Position numbers and translations under genes: made by a program
Source: Thermoplasmatota archaeon
GTDB lineage: Archaea > Thermoplasmatota > Thermoplasmata > UBA10834
Reading direction: 5' to 3'
Assembly (NCBI GenBank): GCA_040751795.1
Contig: JBFMHR010000002.1
Coordinates: 340,091-404,090 of the forward strand
Length of the DNA stretch: 64,000 bases
In this document: one piece after another, positions 27,475 to 37,573 of the stretch
Layout of the letters: every line of letters starts with the position of its first letter
How positions within the stretch are numbered: the stretch's first letter is position 1
The notes under the pieces: generated by a model
Told to the model about the DNA's origin: nothing
What the model saw: the letters and a program-made list of their open reading frames with translations, nothing else
Database searches by the model: none

Positions 27475-29304
27475 ATGCGTGGATGGATGGTCGCGCTCGT
27501 GCTGGTGTTCTGCACGGCGCTCGTTCTAGCCCAGCCGTCGGCCGTCAGGGCTCAGGATGGAGACGCGATCGCGATAAGCACGGAGATGACGCTGACCGCC
27601 GTCGACTCGCTCGAGGGCAGCGGGGACGTGCGCTACGAGTTCACTGGGACGCAGGCCACCGCCCTCCGGTTGGCGGTCTTCTCGACATTCGATTTCAACG
27701 GGGACAAGTACGTCGACGCCTCCGAGGCCCTGAGGTTCCTGGCCGCCCTCGGCGGGGAGCTCGAGGGGAAGCAGCTGTGGGGCGTCACCATCGAGGACGC
27801 CACCAACTACTCCGCGATGACCGAGTCGCAGGTCACCAACAGGACCACGGGCCTGGTCGGCAGCGTCCCGTCGTCCGAGGGCCCCGTCTCGTTCAGCTTC
27901 GACTTCGGGGCCAGCGGGGAGAGCGTCAGGAAGCTCATCAGGCTCTCCGAGCTCAGCATCCAGACGCTCCTGGGCTCCGTGGAGGAGGTCACCGGCACCG
28001 CGTTCGTCGGGACCCTCGAGATCAGCGACAGGGTGGTCCTCTTCGGGGTGGCCAACCTCGCCTCTCCGGACCTGGTCGACGGGGACCTGGCCGAGTTCAG
28101 GACCCCGATGGGCAGCATAATGTGGTACTCCCTTACGACCGAGGTCGGGGGCGCCAACCCCCCTCCCAGCGAGACCGTGACCTACGAGTCGTTCAACGTG
28201 CTCGAGAACCAGCAGGTCATCTTCGTCGCGCTCCTCGTCGGCTGCATACTGGTCCTCAGGGTCCCGGCCAAGAGGTTCGAGAAGTACAGGCTGGAGCACC
28301 CCAAGAAGTTCAGGAAGTCCGCGAAGCCCCTGCCGACCGTGAGGGCGTTCTCCTGGGCCATGATAGCGCTGCTCTGCGTCTTGTACCTCTTCCCGTTCCT
28401 GTTCTCGTTCGCGGACAGGAACCTCCTCCTCGCCGCGTCGTACCAGCTCTTCCTGATCCCTGCGGCGATCGCGGGCACCTACGTGTTCACGAGGGCGATG
28501 TACAGCGTCGCCTCGCTCAAGATCCCCGAGGACGTGGTCGTCGAGGTCAAGCAGGCCGTCGTCAGCCAGGGGGGCGAGGCGGTGGAGCTCAGGTGCCAGG
28601 TGTGCATGATGCCCCTGGACGCGGAGCTGGACCTCCACCAGTGCGCTTCGTGCGGGAGCGCCCTGCACGTGGCGTGCGCCCACCGCGCCCAGACCTGCCC
28701 GCAGTGCGGCGAGGTCCTGTTCCCCGAACAGACCCGCTCGGTCGAGTGCAAGGCGTGCGGGGAGACCTTCCTCACATCCCTCGAGGAGGACCCGTTCGCC
28801 CTGCAGTGCACCCGGTGCGGCGCCTTCCAGGAGGAGATCAAGGCCGGCCAGAACTACCTGGTGGTCGACGTGGACGGCAAGAGGGCCTACAACATGCTGC
28901 GCTCGATGGGCCTGACCGGCAGGCCCTCGATGGTCCTGACCTCGGAGTTCCCGGGCAAGGTCAGGGAGGAGAACGGCCTCGGGGACGACTTCGAGGTCAA
29001 GTGGCTCACGGGGACCACGGGCGACATCGACAGCGTGGGCATCAAGGACCTCGAGGGCGACGCCATGGAGACGGTGTCCACCTTCCTCATGACCACCAAG
29101 CGCTCGGGGCTGCTCCTGGACGGCATCGAGGCCATCATCTCGGAGAACGGGTTCGACGCGGCGCTCGCGTTCATCAGGCGGCTGAACGACCTCGCTGCGA
29201 TACACGGCGCGTCGATCATAATGTGGTACGACAGGGGCAGGCTTCCCGAGGCCCAGGACAAGGCCCTCAGCGACGAGTTCGACGAGGTGCACGACTACCT
29301 CTGA
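27475..29304 (+). CDS. Membrane protein: signal peptide, extracellular domain, ~3 TM, multi-Zn-finger, C-terminal DUF835
   Basis: DFNGDKYVDASE loop; CQVC, CASC, HVAC, CPQC, CKAC, CTRC; LLLDGIEAIISENGF. Confidence 0.8.
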   Translation: MRGWMVALVLVFCTALVLAQPSAVRAQDGDAIAISTEMTLTAVDSLEGSGDVRYEFTGTQATALRLAVFSTFDFNGDKYVDASEALRFLAALGGELEGKQLWGVTIEDATNYSAMTESQVTNRTTGLVGSVPSSEGPVSFSFDFGASGESVRKLIRLSELSIQTLLGSVEEVTGTAFVGTLEISDRVVLFGVANLASPDLVDGDLAEFRTPMGSIMWYSLTTEVGGANPPPSETVTYESFNVLENQQVIFVALLVGCILVLRVPAKRFEKYRLEHPKKFRKSAKPLPTVRAFSWAMIALLCVLYLFPFLFSFADRNLLLAASYQLFLIPAAIAGTYVFTRAMYSVASLKIPEDVVVEVKQAVVSQGGEAVELRCQVCMMPLDAELDLHQCASCGSALHVACAHRAQTCPQCGEVLFPEQTRSVECKACGETFLTSLEEDPFALQCTRCGAFQEEIKAGQNYLVVDVDGKRAYNMLRSMGLTGRPSMVLTSEFPGKVREENGLGDDFEVKWLTGTTGDIDSVGIKDLEGDAMETVSTFLMTTKRSGLLLDGIEAIISENGFDAALAFIRRLNDLAAIHGASIIMWYDRGRLPEAQDKALSDEFDEVHDYL

Positions 29305-29854
29305 CGCCCCCGCCCTTCCAGCGCCTGTACAGGCCGTTGTCGACGCCCAGCACGTCCAGGACCCTCCCCACGACGAAGTCGACCATGTCCTCGACCGTCT
29401 CAGGCCTCGGGTAGAACGCGGGGCACGCCGGCAGGACGACCGCGCCGGCCGACGAGAGCCTCTCCATGTTCCCCAGGTGGATCGCCGACAGGGGCGTCTC
29501 GCGGACCACGAGGACCAGCCTCCGCCTCTCCTTCAGGGCGACGGACGCCGCCCTCGTTATGAGGTTGTCGGCTATGCCGCAGGCGATCTTGGACATCGTC
29601 GAGGCGCTGCAAGGCGCTATGACCATCGCGTCGAAGCGCACCGAGCCGGACGACACGGGGGCGGCGAGGTCCGAGTTGGCGAAGTGCTCGTCCCCCAGGG
29701 CCTCTATCTCGGCCTTCCCCATGCCCGTCTCCTGCTCCGCTATCGCTGCCGCGTCGTCGGAGACTATGACGACCTTCCCGCCTGGGAGCGCCCTGAGGAG
29801 CCTTATCCCGTAGACGCTGCCCGATGCGCCCGTAAGGGCCACGATCGTCCTCAC
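29267..29854 (-). CDS. ubiX: Flavin prenyltransferase
   Basis: VALTGASG, SSGS, IAPCS, LKERRRL, RETPL, PAFY; GTG 29854 preferred over the track start. Confidence 0.92.
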   Translation of the reverse strand: MRTIVALTGASGSVYGIRLLRALPGGKVVIVSDDAAAIAEQETGMGKAEIEALGDEHFANSDLAAPVSSGSVRFDAMVIAPCSASTMSKIACGIADNLITRAASVALKERRRLVLVVRETPLSAIHLGNMERLSSAGAVVLPACPAFYPRPETVEDMVDFVVGRVLDVLGVDNGLYRRWKGGGVRGSRAPRRTRR

Positions 29855-30045
29855 GGGCCCGGCTAGCACCTCCCCATGACTAAAGCCTTTTGTCCCCGGG
29901 GCGCATGCCAGGCCGCCGGGGCCCGGGCCGCCTGGCGGCCGCGATAGACGGGAAGGGTTTAAATATGGGCACCCTCTTATCCGCGATTTGCCACCCATGT
30001 GGCACATGGACCCAGTGGTCCCTGCATCTCGCTTGAGGTAATCCG

Positions 30046-30501
30046 ATGGCCACAGCGTTTGACGTACCCGCGAACAAGCTCATACCCAAGATAGCGGAGG
30101 AGCTCAGGAAGCTCGAGACCGTGAAACCCCCGGAGTGGGCCCCCTATGTGAAGACGGGCAGGCACACGGAGAAGAGCCCCATGGAGGAGGGCTGGTGGTT
30201 CACCAGGTCCGCCGCTATGCTGAGGAAGATCTACATAGAGGGCCCGATAGGGACGACCAGGCTCGCGGCCATGTACGGCGGCACCGCCGACAGGGGCTCG
30301 AAGCCGGACAAGGCCGTCAGGGGCTCCAGGTCCATCTCCAGGCTCACTGTGCAGCAGCTCGAGAAGAGCCAGCTGATACAGAAGGAGAAGGACGGCGGAA
30401 GGGCCGTGACCGCCAAGGGGCGCAAGATGGTCGACTCGCTCGCCACCGCGGTCCTCAAGGAGATGGCGGCCCAGAACCCGGAGCTCACGAAGTACCTGTG
30501 A
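30046..30501 (+). CDS. rps19e: 30S ribosomal protein S19e
   Basis: PPEWAPYVKTG...WWFTRSAAMLRKIY...QQLE. Confidence 0.96.
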   Translation: MATAFDVPANKLIPKIAEELRKLETVKPPEWAPYVKTGRHTEKSPMEEGWWFTRSAAMLRKIYIEGPIGTTRLAAMYGGTADRGSKPDKAVRGSRSISRLTVQQLEKSQLIQKEKDGGRAVTAKGRKMVDSLATAVLKEMAAQNPELTKYL

Positions 30502-30511
30502 GTGAGCCAGT

Positions 30512-30844
30512 ATGGCGGACGACACAGAGCTCGAGGCACTGAGGCAACGGAAGCTCCAGGAGCTTCAGGTCAGGGCGCAGCAGGAGGCCGTGGCGCAGGA
30601 GCAGGCGAAGCAGCTCGACGCGCAGAGGGCCATGCTGATGCGCCAGATACTCACCCCGGAGGCGAGGGAGCGTCTGGCGAACCTGCGCATGACGCGGCCC
30701 GACCTGGTGGAGCACGTCGAGAACCAGCTCGTGATGCTGGTGCAGTCCGGGAGGGTCACGGACAAGATAGACGACTACACCCTCAGGCAGCTCCTGAGGC
30801 GGATAATGCCCGCGAAGCGGGAGATCAAGATCGAGAGGAGATGA
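30512..30844 (+). CDS. PDCD5-like DNA-binding protein
   Basis: [27 protein letters not shown]; conserved position after rps19e. Confidence 0.92.
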   Translation: MADDTELEALRQRKLQELQVRAQQEAVAQEQAKQLDAQRAMLMRQILTPEARERLANLRMTRPDLVEHVENQLVMLVQSGRVTDKIDDYTLRQLLRRIMPAKREIKIERR

Positions 30845-30846
30845 GT

Positions 30847-31002
30847 ATGGCCAGGAACAAGCCACACGCGAGGAAGCTCAGGCTGATGAGGGCGACCAAG
30901 AGCAACAGGAGGGTCCCCGCCTGGGTCATGATGAGGACGAACAGGACCTTTCTCAGGCACCCCAAGAGGCGGATGTGGAGAAGGACAAAGTTGAAGGTGT
31001 GA
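30847..31002 (+). CDS. rpl39e: 50S ribosomal protein L39e
   Basis: MARNK...NRRVPAWV...[14 protein letters not shown]. Confidence 0.95.
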   Translation: MARNKPHARKLRLMRATKSNRRVPAWVMMRTNRTFLRHPKRRMWRRTKLKV

Positions 31003-31012
31003 GGTGCCCGGC

Positions 31013-31303
31013 ATGGCTGAAGAGGTCGAGATGATCTACACGGTCCCGCTGAAGATGACCCGGCAGGTCCCGAAGACCAAGCGCGCCCCCAGGGCCATCA
31101 AGGAGATCAAGGACTACGTGAGGCAGCACCTCGCTGACAAGTCCGCGTCCAAGGAGGACGTCCCCGAGAAGGACGTCTGGATAGACTACAGGCTGAACGA
31201 GCACCTCTGGTCGAGGGGCATAGAGAACCCCCCGAGCAAGGTGCGAGTCAAGGCCATACGGTTCGAGGACGGCCTCATCGAGGTCTCCCTGCCGGAGGAG
31301 TAG
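31013..31303 (+). CDS. rpl31e: 50S ribosomal protein L31e
   Basis: IYTVPL, KRAPRAIKEI, LNEHLWSRG, PPSKVRV. Confidence 0.95.
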   Translation: MAEEVEMIYTVPLKMTRQVPKTKRAPRAIKEIKDYVRQHLADKSASKEDVPEKDVWIDYRLNEHLWSRGIENPPSKVRVKAIRFEDGLIEVSLPEE

Positions 31304-31323
31304 CCCTCCTGGAGTAGGGCCCG

Positions 31324-31983
31324 ATGCTCAGGCTCGGAGACGTCTTCGGCAGCCCGTACCTGGGCGTGTATTGCTCGGCGAACGAGCGCTACGCCATCGT
31401 GCCGGAGGGGGCGGAGCCATCGTTCATCAGGGATGTCTCGGAGGCCCTGCAGGTCGAGGTCGTCCGGACCTACATCGCCGGTTCGACGCTCCTCGGCTCG
31501 CTCGTGGCCATGAACTCCAACGGCATCGTCGTCACCAACTTCGCAGAGAAGCAGGAGCTCGCGAGGCTGCCCAAGGAGCTGAGGGTCGGCGTGATGGAGG
31601 AGAAGCTCAACGCCGCCGGCAACAACATCGTGGCCAACGACAGGGCCGCGTGCATCCACCCCGCGGCGTCGAGGCGCTCGGTCCAGATGGTCGAGGAAGT
31701 CCTCGGCGTGGAGGTGCGCAGGTGCGCCATAGCGGGCATCGAGACGGTCGGCTCCGTGTGCCTGGCCACCTCGAAGGGCGTCGTTTGCCACCCGAGGACC
31801 CCGGACGAGGAGCTCAAGGAGCTGTCGTCGCTCTTCAGGGTGCCGGCGTCCGTCGCGACACTGAACTACGGCACGCCGTACGTCGGGGCGTGCGCCCTGG
31901 CGAACAGCAAGGGCGCGATGGTCGGGTCCCGCTCGACGCCGATAGAGCTGGGCCGCATAGAGGACGGCCTCGGGTTGTTCTAG
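31324..31983 (+). CDS. eif6: Translation initiation factor 6
   Basis: GSPYLGVY, GNNIVAND, ANSKG, ELGRIE; conserved position after rpl31e. Confidence 0.95.
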   Translation: MLRLGDVFGSPYLGVYCSANERYAIVPEGAEPSFIRDVSEALQVEVVRTYIAGSTLLGSLVAMNSNGIVVTNFAEKQELARLPKELRVGVMEEKLNAAGNNIVANDRAACIHPAASRRSVQMVEEVLGVEVRRCAIAGIETVGSVCLATSKGVVCHPRTPDEELKELSSLFRVPASVATLNYGTPYVGACALANSKGAMVGSRSTPIELGRIEDGLGLF

Positions 31984-31989
31984 GGCCTC

Positions 31990-32631
31990 TCACGGCGAGA
32001 AGAGCCAGATCTCCGTGCCCGAGGCGGGCAGGTCCTCGGGCGCGAAGTCCACCTCGTTGCCGACCCTGACGACGCTGTCCTGGTCGAACTGGTCCAGGAA
32101 GTCCTGGACGGACCTGATCGAGAGCGAGAGCCCGTGGGTCCTGTAGTGCATCGGGACGGCGACCTTCGGGGCGACCTTCTCGATGATGCCCTTGGCGACC
32201 GCCGGCCCTATCGTGAACACGTCCCCCACCGGGACGAAGAGGAAGTCGACCGGCGAGAGCTTCTCCACCGTCGCGTCGTCCAGGTCGTGCCCCAGGTCCC
32301 CCAGGTGGCAGAACGACGTGCCGTCCACCTCGAACCTGAAGATCACGACCTTGCCGCGCTTCGCCCCTCCGGCGTCGTCGTGGCTCGCCTCGACGCCGAC
32401 GACCCTCACGCCCTGCTCGACCGTCATCACGGGCGTGGATATGACCGAGCCGTCCTGCTTCCTGACGAGCCTCGAGCAGTTGTGGTCGAAGTGGTCGTGC
32501 GACACGAGGACCAGGTCGGCCTTCGCCTTCGGAGGCGCGATGCCTATCGACTTGCCGTCGTGCGGGTCGGTGACCACCTGGACGCTTCCGTCGACCTCAA
32601 AACACGCATGTCCGTGCCAGCGAATGCGCAA
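31990..32631 (-). CDS. MBL-fold metallo-hydrolase
   Basis: WHGHACF, SHDHFDH, HLGDLG, VPMHY; TTG 32631 is the likely start. Confidence 0.88.
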   Translation of the reverse strand: MRIRWHGHACFEVDGSVQVVTDPHDGKSIGIAPPKAKADLVLVSHDHFDHNCSRLVRKQDGSVISTPVMTVEQGVRVVGVEASHDDAGGAKRGKVVIFRFEVDGTSFCHLGDLGHDLDDATVEKLSPVDFLFVPVGDVFTIGPAVAKGIIEKVAPKVAVPMHYRTHGLSLSIRSVQDFLDQFDQDSVVRVGNEVDFAPEDLPASGTEIWLFSP

Positions 32632-32697
32632 GAGAGCCCGCCCCCCGCGGGGTGAAGTAATCATGGACTCCGTACTTAACACAGACGGTGCGGGGCT

Positions 32698-33459
32698 TCA
32701 GCCCTTGACCTTCCTTACCGTCCTGACCTTCCTCTCGGGCAGCTCCTGCGCTGCGGGCTTCGCGGCCTCGGGCTCCGGGATCCTCACCTTGCGCTCCTGC
32801 AGGACGGGCGCCTGGGGCTGCGGCCTCTGCGGGGCGACCTGCGGCGCCGCCGCGGGCTGCGGGGCCGGAGCCGGGGAGGGCTGTCCGGCTGGCGGGCGGA
32901 CGCTCCTTACCTTCCTTATCTTCGTGGTGTCGGGCGGGGCCTGCTGCTGCGGAGCGGCCCTGACCGGAGCGGGCTCCGGTTCCGGCTGCCTCTGGACCGG
33001 GGCTGGCGCGGGTGCGGGCGCCCGTGCGGGCGCAGGCGCCTGGACCGGCGCGGGCGCGGCCCTCTCGACGACCGGCTGCGGGCGTGGCTGGACGGGCTCC
33101 GGCTGCCTCTGTGCGGGCAGGGCCTCCCTCACGATCAGGTCCTCGGCGGTGCGGGCCGTCCTCTGCCCTGCGGCGGCCTCCGGCTGGGCCTTCGCAGCCT
33201 CCCTCTCCGCCTCCGCCATCTCCATCGCCGGGGTCCTGAGGGTCGACTCTATCTTCTCGCCGACGCTCCCTGGCTCGAACTTCTGCTTCTCGAGGAGGAG
33301 CTCGCGTTCGAGCTTCTCGATCTGGAGGATCCACTCGTCCTCCTCCTCGAAGTCCCACCCGCAGAACTCGCAGATGTTCGCCTCGAGGGAGACGCCTAGA
33401 CCGCAGCTAGGGCACTCCTTCTTGGGCTCGCCGCGGTCCATTTTTTTGGGCATCGTCAA
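32698..33459 (-). CDS. Zinc-ribbon protein with Pro/Ala/Gln-rich disordered region
   Basis: CPSC...CEFC, short coiled coil, PAPA low-complexity linker, repeated RKVR. Confidence 0.75.
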   Translation of the reverse strand: MTMPKKMDRGEPKKECPSCGLGVSLEANICEFCGWDFEEEDEWILQIEKLERELLLEKQKFEPGSVGEKIESTLRTPAMEMAEAEREAAKAQPEAAAGQRTARTAEDLIVREALPAQRQPEPVQPRPQPVVERAAPAPVQAPAPARAPAPAPAPVQRQPEPEPAPVRAAPQQQAPPDTTKIRKVRSVRPPAGQPSPAPAPQPAAAPQVAPQRPQPQAPVLQERKVRIPEPEAAKPAAQELPERKVRTVRKVKG

Positions 33460-33567
33460 GATAATTCTCAGGAGGTTATATAAGCACTTCGACCGAACAC
33501 CACGGGTGGGGGCCAGCGCCCGCCGGTAGGCACAGTAAAATACCTTGTCTGGTGATTACACAGAGGA

Positions 33568-34716
33568 ATGAAGACACTGGTGCTCTGCGTCGACAGGGAC
33601 GACGACCTCGGCGTGAAGGCAGGGGTGAACGGCCCCGTCATAGGCAGGAAGGAGAACCTCGATGCAGCACTGGCGCTCGGGATAGCCGACCCGGAGGACG
33701 TCGACACCAACACCATCCTGTCGGGCCTGCAGCTGTACGACGACCTGACGAAGAGGGGCATCGACGCCGAGATAGCGACCATCGCGGGTGACTCCCACGT
33801 CGGTTTCCAGTCCGACCTCATACTCACCACCCAGCTGGAGAACGTCCTGGAGGTGGTCAGGCCGGACCGCGCCATCCTCGTCAGCGACGGGGCGGAGGAC
33901 GAGTCGATCTACCCGGTCATCTCGTCCAGGGTCAAGATCGACTCGGTGAGGAAGGTCTACGTCAAGCAGAGCAAGAGCATCGAGGGCACGTACTACATGA
34001 TAGTCAAGACCCTCCAGGACGAGAAGATGAGGCGGCGGTGGATCGTCCCGCTGTCGCTCATACTGATCATCTGGGGGCTCCTCTCCCTGGCCACGAAGGT
34101 CATCCAGTTCCAGGAGGGGGGGTTCGAGGACATAGGGCTCGTCTCCGAGATGGCTTTCGGGGTGATAGGCGTGGTCATAGGCCTGTACCTGATAGGGTGG
34201 GCGTACAGGTGGGCCGAGCGGCTGAGCGAGTGGACCGTCCACACGAGGCGGTCCCTCAGGCAGGGCAGCCTCGCCATCCCATTCGCAATCATAGGGCTCG
34301 TCCTCGCGGTCGTGGGCCTGCTGGTGGGCTACGACCTGGCCCTCGCGTACAGGTCCTCCCTCCTCGAGAACGAGAGGAGCCTGGCCATATCCATCCTGAT
34401 ATTCGTCTCCGGCTCGGTGTGGTTCGTCGTCTTCGGCGTGTTCATCCTGGAGACGGGGAACTCGGTCACGGCGTTCCTCCAGACGGGGAAGGTCCGCTGG
34501 TCGTTCATAGTCATGATGGTCTCCGTCCTGGCGACCGGTTTCATAGTCCAGGGGTCCGCCGACGCCCTCCTGTACTTCATAGGGCACGGCGACTACGACC
34601 TGTTCATCATCGTGGGGGAGATGGTGACGGGCATCCTGATCGCGGTGTTCAGCTCGGTGCTGAACGCCTCGCTGAGGGCCGAGTCCCGCAGGAAGCGCGC
34701 GTCGGCAGGGGCGTGA
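33568..34716 (+). CDS. DUF373 family membrane protein
   Basis: LVLCVDRDDDLG, DPEDVD.N, VSDGAEDE, VKQS. Confidence 0.9.
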   Translation: MKTLVLCVDRDDDLGVKAGVNGPVIGRKENLDAALALGIADPEDVDTNTILSGLQLYDDLTKRGIDAEIATIAGDSHVGFQSDLILTTQLENVLEVVRPDRAILVSDGAEDESIYPVISSRVKIDSVRKVYVKQSKSIEGTYYMIVKTLQDEKMRRRWIVPLSLILIIWGLLSLATKVIQFQEGGFEDIGLVSEMAFGVIGVVIGLYLIGWAYRWAERLSEWTVHTRRSLRQGSLAIPFAIIGLVLAVVGLLVGYDLALAYRSSLLENERSLAISILIFVSGSVWFVVFGVFILETGNSVTAFLQTGKVRWSFIVMMVSVLATGFIVQGSADALLYFIGHGDYDLFIIVGEMVTGILIAVFSSVLNASLRAESRRKRASAGA

Positions 34717-34720
34717 GGCC

Positions 34721-35386
34721 GTGAGGCTGGAGGCCTGGCTCCCCGTGTACAGGGAGATCTGCAGGGAGTTCGGGTACGACGAGGAGGACGACTCGCGCAG
34801 CGCCGGGGCGCTCGCGGCCCTGCTCTCCTCCCGGCCCGTCCCGAAGCTGGAGGAGCTCGCCGCCGCCTGTCCTGCGACCGTCACAGTCTGCGGCGACGGC
34901 CCCCTGCTCGCGGAGGAGATCTCCGCCGCGCCCCCGTCGGGGTACGTGGTCGCCGCGGACGGCGCCACCGAGGCGCTGATGGAGGCGGGGCTGAGGCCGG
35001 ACGCGGTCGTGACGGACCTGGACGGGGACATCCAGGCGCAGGTCAAGGCCAGCGCGAAGGGCTCGCTGACGTTCGTCCACGCCCACGGCGACAACGAGGA
35101 CGTCGTGAAGGCGGTCGTGCCGCGCCTGAAGGGCCCCGTTGTCGGGACCTGCCAGGGGCCTCCGTCCGGGGGCCTCCTGAACCTGGGAGGCTTCACGGAC
35201 GGCGACAGGGCGGCGTGCATATTCTCCGGGCTGGGCGCGAGGACCGTGGTGCTCGTCGGCTTCGACTTCGAGAGGCCCTCGGAGAAGGCGTCGAGGGCCC
35301 CGGAGGTCAAGAGGAGGAAGCTCGCCTGGGCGAGACGCATACTCGAGTCGCTTGAGGCCGACGGGGTGCGCATCGAGGGGCTGTGA
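34721..35386 (+). CDS. mptE: 6-hydroxymethyl-7,8-dihydropterin pyrophosphokinase (DUF115)
   Basis: AADGA, VTDLDG, VHAHGDN, GGFTDGDRA, KRRKL. Confidence 0.88.
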   Translation: MRLEAWLPVYREICREFGYDEEDDSRSAGALAALLSSRPVPKLEELAAACPATVTVCGDGPLLAEEISAAPPSGYVVAADGATEALMEAGLRPDAVVTDLDGDIQAQVKASAKGSLTFVHAHGDNEDVVKAVVPRLKGPVVGTCQGPPSGGLLNLGGFTDGDRAACIFSGLGARTVVLVGFDFERPSEKASRAPEVKRRKLAWARRILESLEADGVRIEGL

Positions 35387-35453
35387 GCGCCAGGTCGCTG
35401 GCGGGTTCGACACCTTTTTAGCACCGTACTGAGTTGACGTCGCAGGGACTGGG

Positions 35454-35885
35454 ATGACTGTTGTCACCATGCAACAGGTAGAACTGGCGCTCAAGAGGAC
35501 CCTCGGCAAGAAGGGCATGTCCGACGAGGAGGTCAAGCGCATGGCCGAGTATCTCATGAGCTTCTTCGGCTACACGGACGAGGTCATAGACAACAGGCTC
35601 ACCCCGGAGGACAGGGACGTATTCTACATGCTGGAGGAGGAGGGACTCCTCACCACGACCCAGGAGGAGGTCCTCCTGAAGAAGGGGAAGCTCTGGAGGA
35701 TACACTACTGGATCCTGAAGAAGGACCAGATCATACGCCTCGCCTCCTCCGACGAGGGGGGCAAGGACAAGGAGGCGGCGACCGAGGACGTCTACGACCA
35801 GCTGTCGGACGAGGAGTGGGCCCGGCACAGGCCACCCGTGTCCGGCGCGCCCGAGGACCGGCCGCCCAAGGATGAAACGACTTAA
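35454..35885 (+). CDS. DUF6015-like protein
   Basis: FFGY...IDNRL..EDRDVFYMLEEEGLL...GKLWRIHYW; family recognised from memory. Confidence 0.75.
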   Translation: MTVVTMQQVELALKRTLGKKGMSDEEVKRMAEYLMSFFGYTDEVIDNRLTPEDRDVFYMLEEEGLLTTTQEEVLLKKGKLWRIHYWILKKDQIIRLASSDEGGKDKEAATEDVYDQLSDEEWARHRPPVSGAPEDRPPKDETT

Positions 35886-35923
35886 TACCGGTAGCCGCAT
35901 GGCCTCAGGGCTGGTCTGCTCAG

Positions 35924-37531
35924 ATGAACGGGTACCTCATCGCGCTCATCGTACTCTCCGCCTGGATCGCCGCGGTGTACTACCTCAACCGGTCCAAGTG
36001 GTTCGAGAGGCGCGGCATGAGCCTCATGGGCCCGATGGTGATGTGGAAGACCAGGAAGGGCCGGGACTTCATAGACAGGGTCGCCACCAAGAAGCGGCTC
36101 TGGGCGTTCTACGGGCGCCTCTCGCTCTGGGTGTGCGCGGGCGCCATGGTCACGATCATGGTCCTGTTGCTCTGGGAGGCCACCATAGTCTCTCAGGTCG
36201 AGGAGGCCCCGTCGCCGGAGCTGATCCTGGGGATACCGGGCATCAACCCCGTCATACCCCTGTGGTACGGCATACTCGGCCTCGTGGTGGCGATAGTCGT
36301 GCACGAGATGTCGCACGGCATACTCACCCGGCTGGGGGAGATGAAGATCGTGTCCCTCGGCGTGCTCTTCTTCGTGTTCCCCGTCGGGGCGTTCGTCGAG
36401 CCAGACGAGGGGCAGCTCCAGGCGGCCCCGAGGGGCAAGAGGGCGAAGGTCTTCGCCGCGGGCCCCGCCAGCAACCTCATACTCGCCGTCGTGGTGCTCG
36501 GGCTCTTCTCGGGCGTCATGATGGCGTCCGTCCAGCCGGCCCACGAGGGCGCCCTGGCCACCGGGGTGGTCGAGGGGTCGCCGGCCTACTACGCCGACAT
36601 CCCCCAGACGAGCGTGCTCGTCTCCGTGGGCGGCTTCAGCGTCGCGTCGCCCGACGACGTCGATGCATTGTCGGGTATAGACCCCGGGACCGACGTCACG
36701 GTCGAGTACTACTTCGCGGGGGAGCTGGAGTCGGCGGACGACGTGGCCTACGGGATGGTCGTCTCCTACGCGGTCGAGGGCTACTCGGCCCACGACGGCG
36801 GCCTCTTGGCAGGCATGGTCCTCGCGAGCCTCAACGGGACATCCGTGCGGAACATGGACGACCTGCGCGACGCGATGGAGCTGACCAGCGCGGGGCAGGC
36901 CGTCGACGTCTCGGTGCTCTCGTACAACTCCACATCGGGCGCCTTCGAGCCGGACCCCGACATCCTCTCGCTCACCCTCTCCGACAAGCACGACTTCTAC
37001 GCCGAGTACTATCCAGACGAGAACGAGGACGCCTTCATCGGAGACGGCTACCTGGGGGCGGGCTTCCTCCCGCTGGGCCTGAACCTGCGGGACGCCGACC
37101 ACTACTCGTCGCTCCTCGCGCACCCGTTCGAGGGCGACAACGACATAGGCGACTTCTCGACCTCATGGCTGAGGCTCATCGCCCTCCCGTTCCTGGACCT
37201 GGCGCCCCTGAGGTCCCCGGTCACGGACCTCTACGAGCCCTCGGGGAGCATGGCCTGGATGCCGGACAGCGCGTTCTGGATACTCACCAACTCCCTCTAC
37301 TGGATCTTCTGGCTCAACCTGATGATCGGCCTGACCAACGTCCTGCCCGCGGTGCCCCTGGACGGCGGGTACCTCTTCAGGGACGCGTTCGACTACCTCG
37401 TGAGCAGGGTCCGCCCCGGCCACACCAAGGAGCAGCGCGAGAAGGTCGTGGGATCGATAACCCTGGCGTTCGCCCTGATGGTCCTGTTCCTGATAGTCTG
37501 GCAGCTCGTCGGGCCCGCCATCCTGAACTAG
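35924..37531 (+). CDS. Site-2 protease (M50) with PDZ-like inserts
   Basis: HEMSH, GAFVEP, AGPASN, NVLPAVPLDGG. Confidence 0.93.
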   Translation: MNGYLIALIVLSAWIAAVYYLNRSKWFERRGMSLMGPMVMWKTRKGRDFIDRVATKKRLWAFYGRLSLWVCAGAMVTIMVLLLWEATIVSQVEEAPSPELILGIPGINPVIPLWYGILGLVVAIVVHEMSHGILTRLGEMKIVSLGVLFFVFPVGAFVEPDEGQLQAAPRGKRAKVFAAGPASNLILAVVVLGLFSGVMMASVQPAHEGALATGVVEGSPAYYADIPQTSVLVSVGGFSVASPDDVDALSGIDPGTDVTVEYYFAGELESADDVAYGMVVSYAVEGYSAHDGGLLAGMVLASLNGTSVRNMDDLRDAMELTSAGQAVDVSVLSYNSTSGAFEPDPDILSLTLSDKHDFYAEYYPDENEDAFIGDGYLGAGFLPLGLNLRDADHYSSLLAHPFEGDNDIGDFSTSWLRLIALPFLDLAPLRSPVTDLYEPSGSMAWMPDSAFWILTNSLYWIFWLNLMIGLTNVLPAVPLDGGYLFRDAFDYLVSRVRPGHTKEQREKVVGSITLAFALMVLFLIVWQLVGPAILN

Positions 37532-37573
37532 GCAAAGGGTTTTATTACCCAATCTGTTACCAACTCCGGTAGC

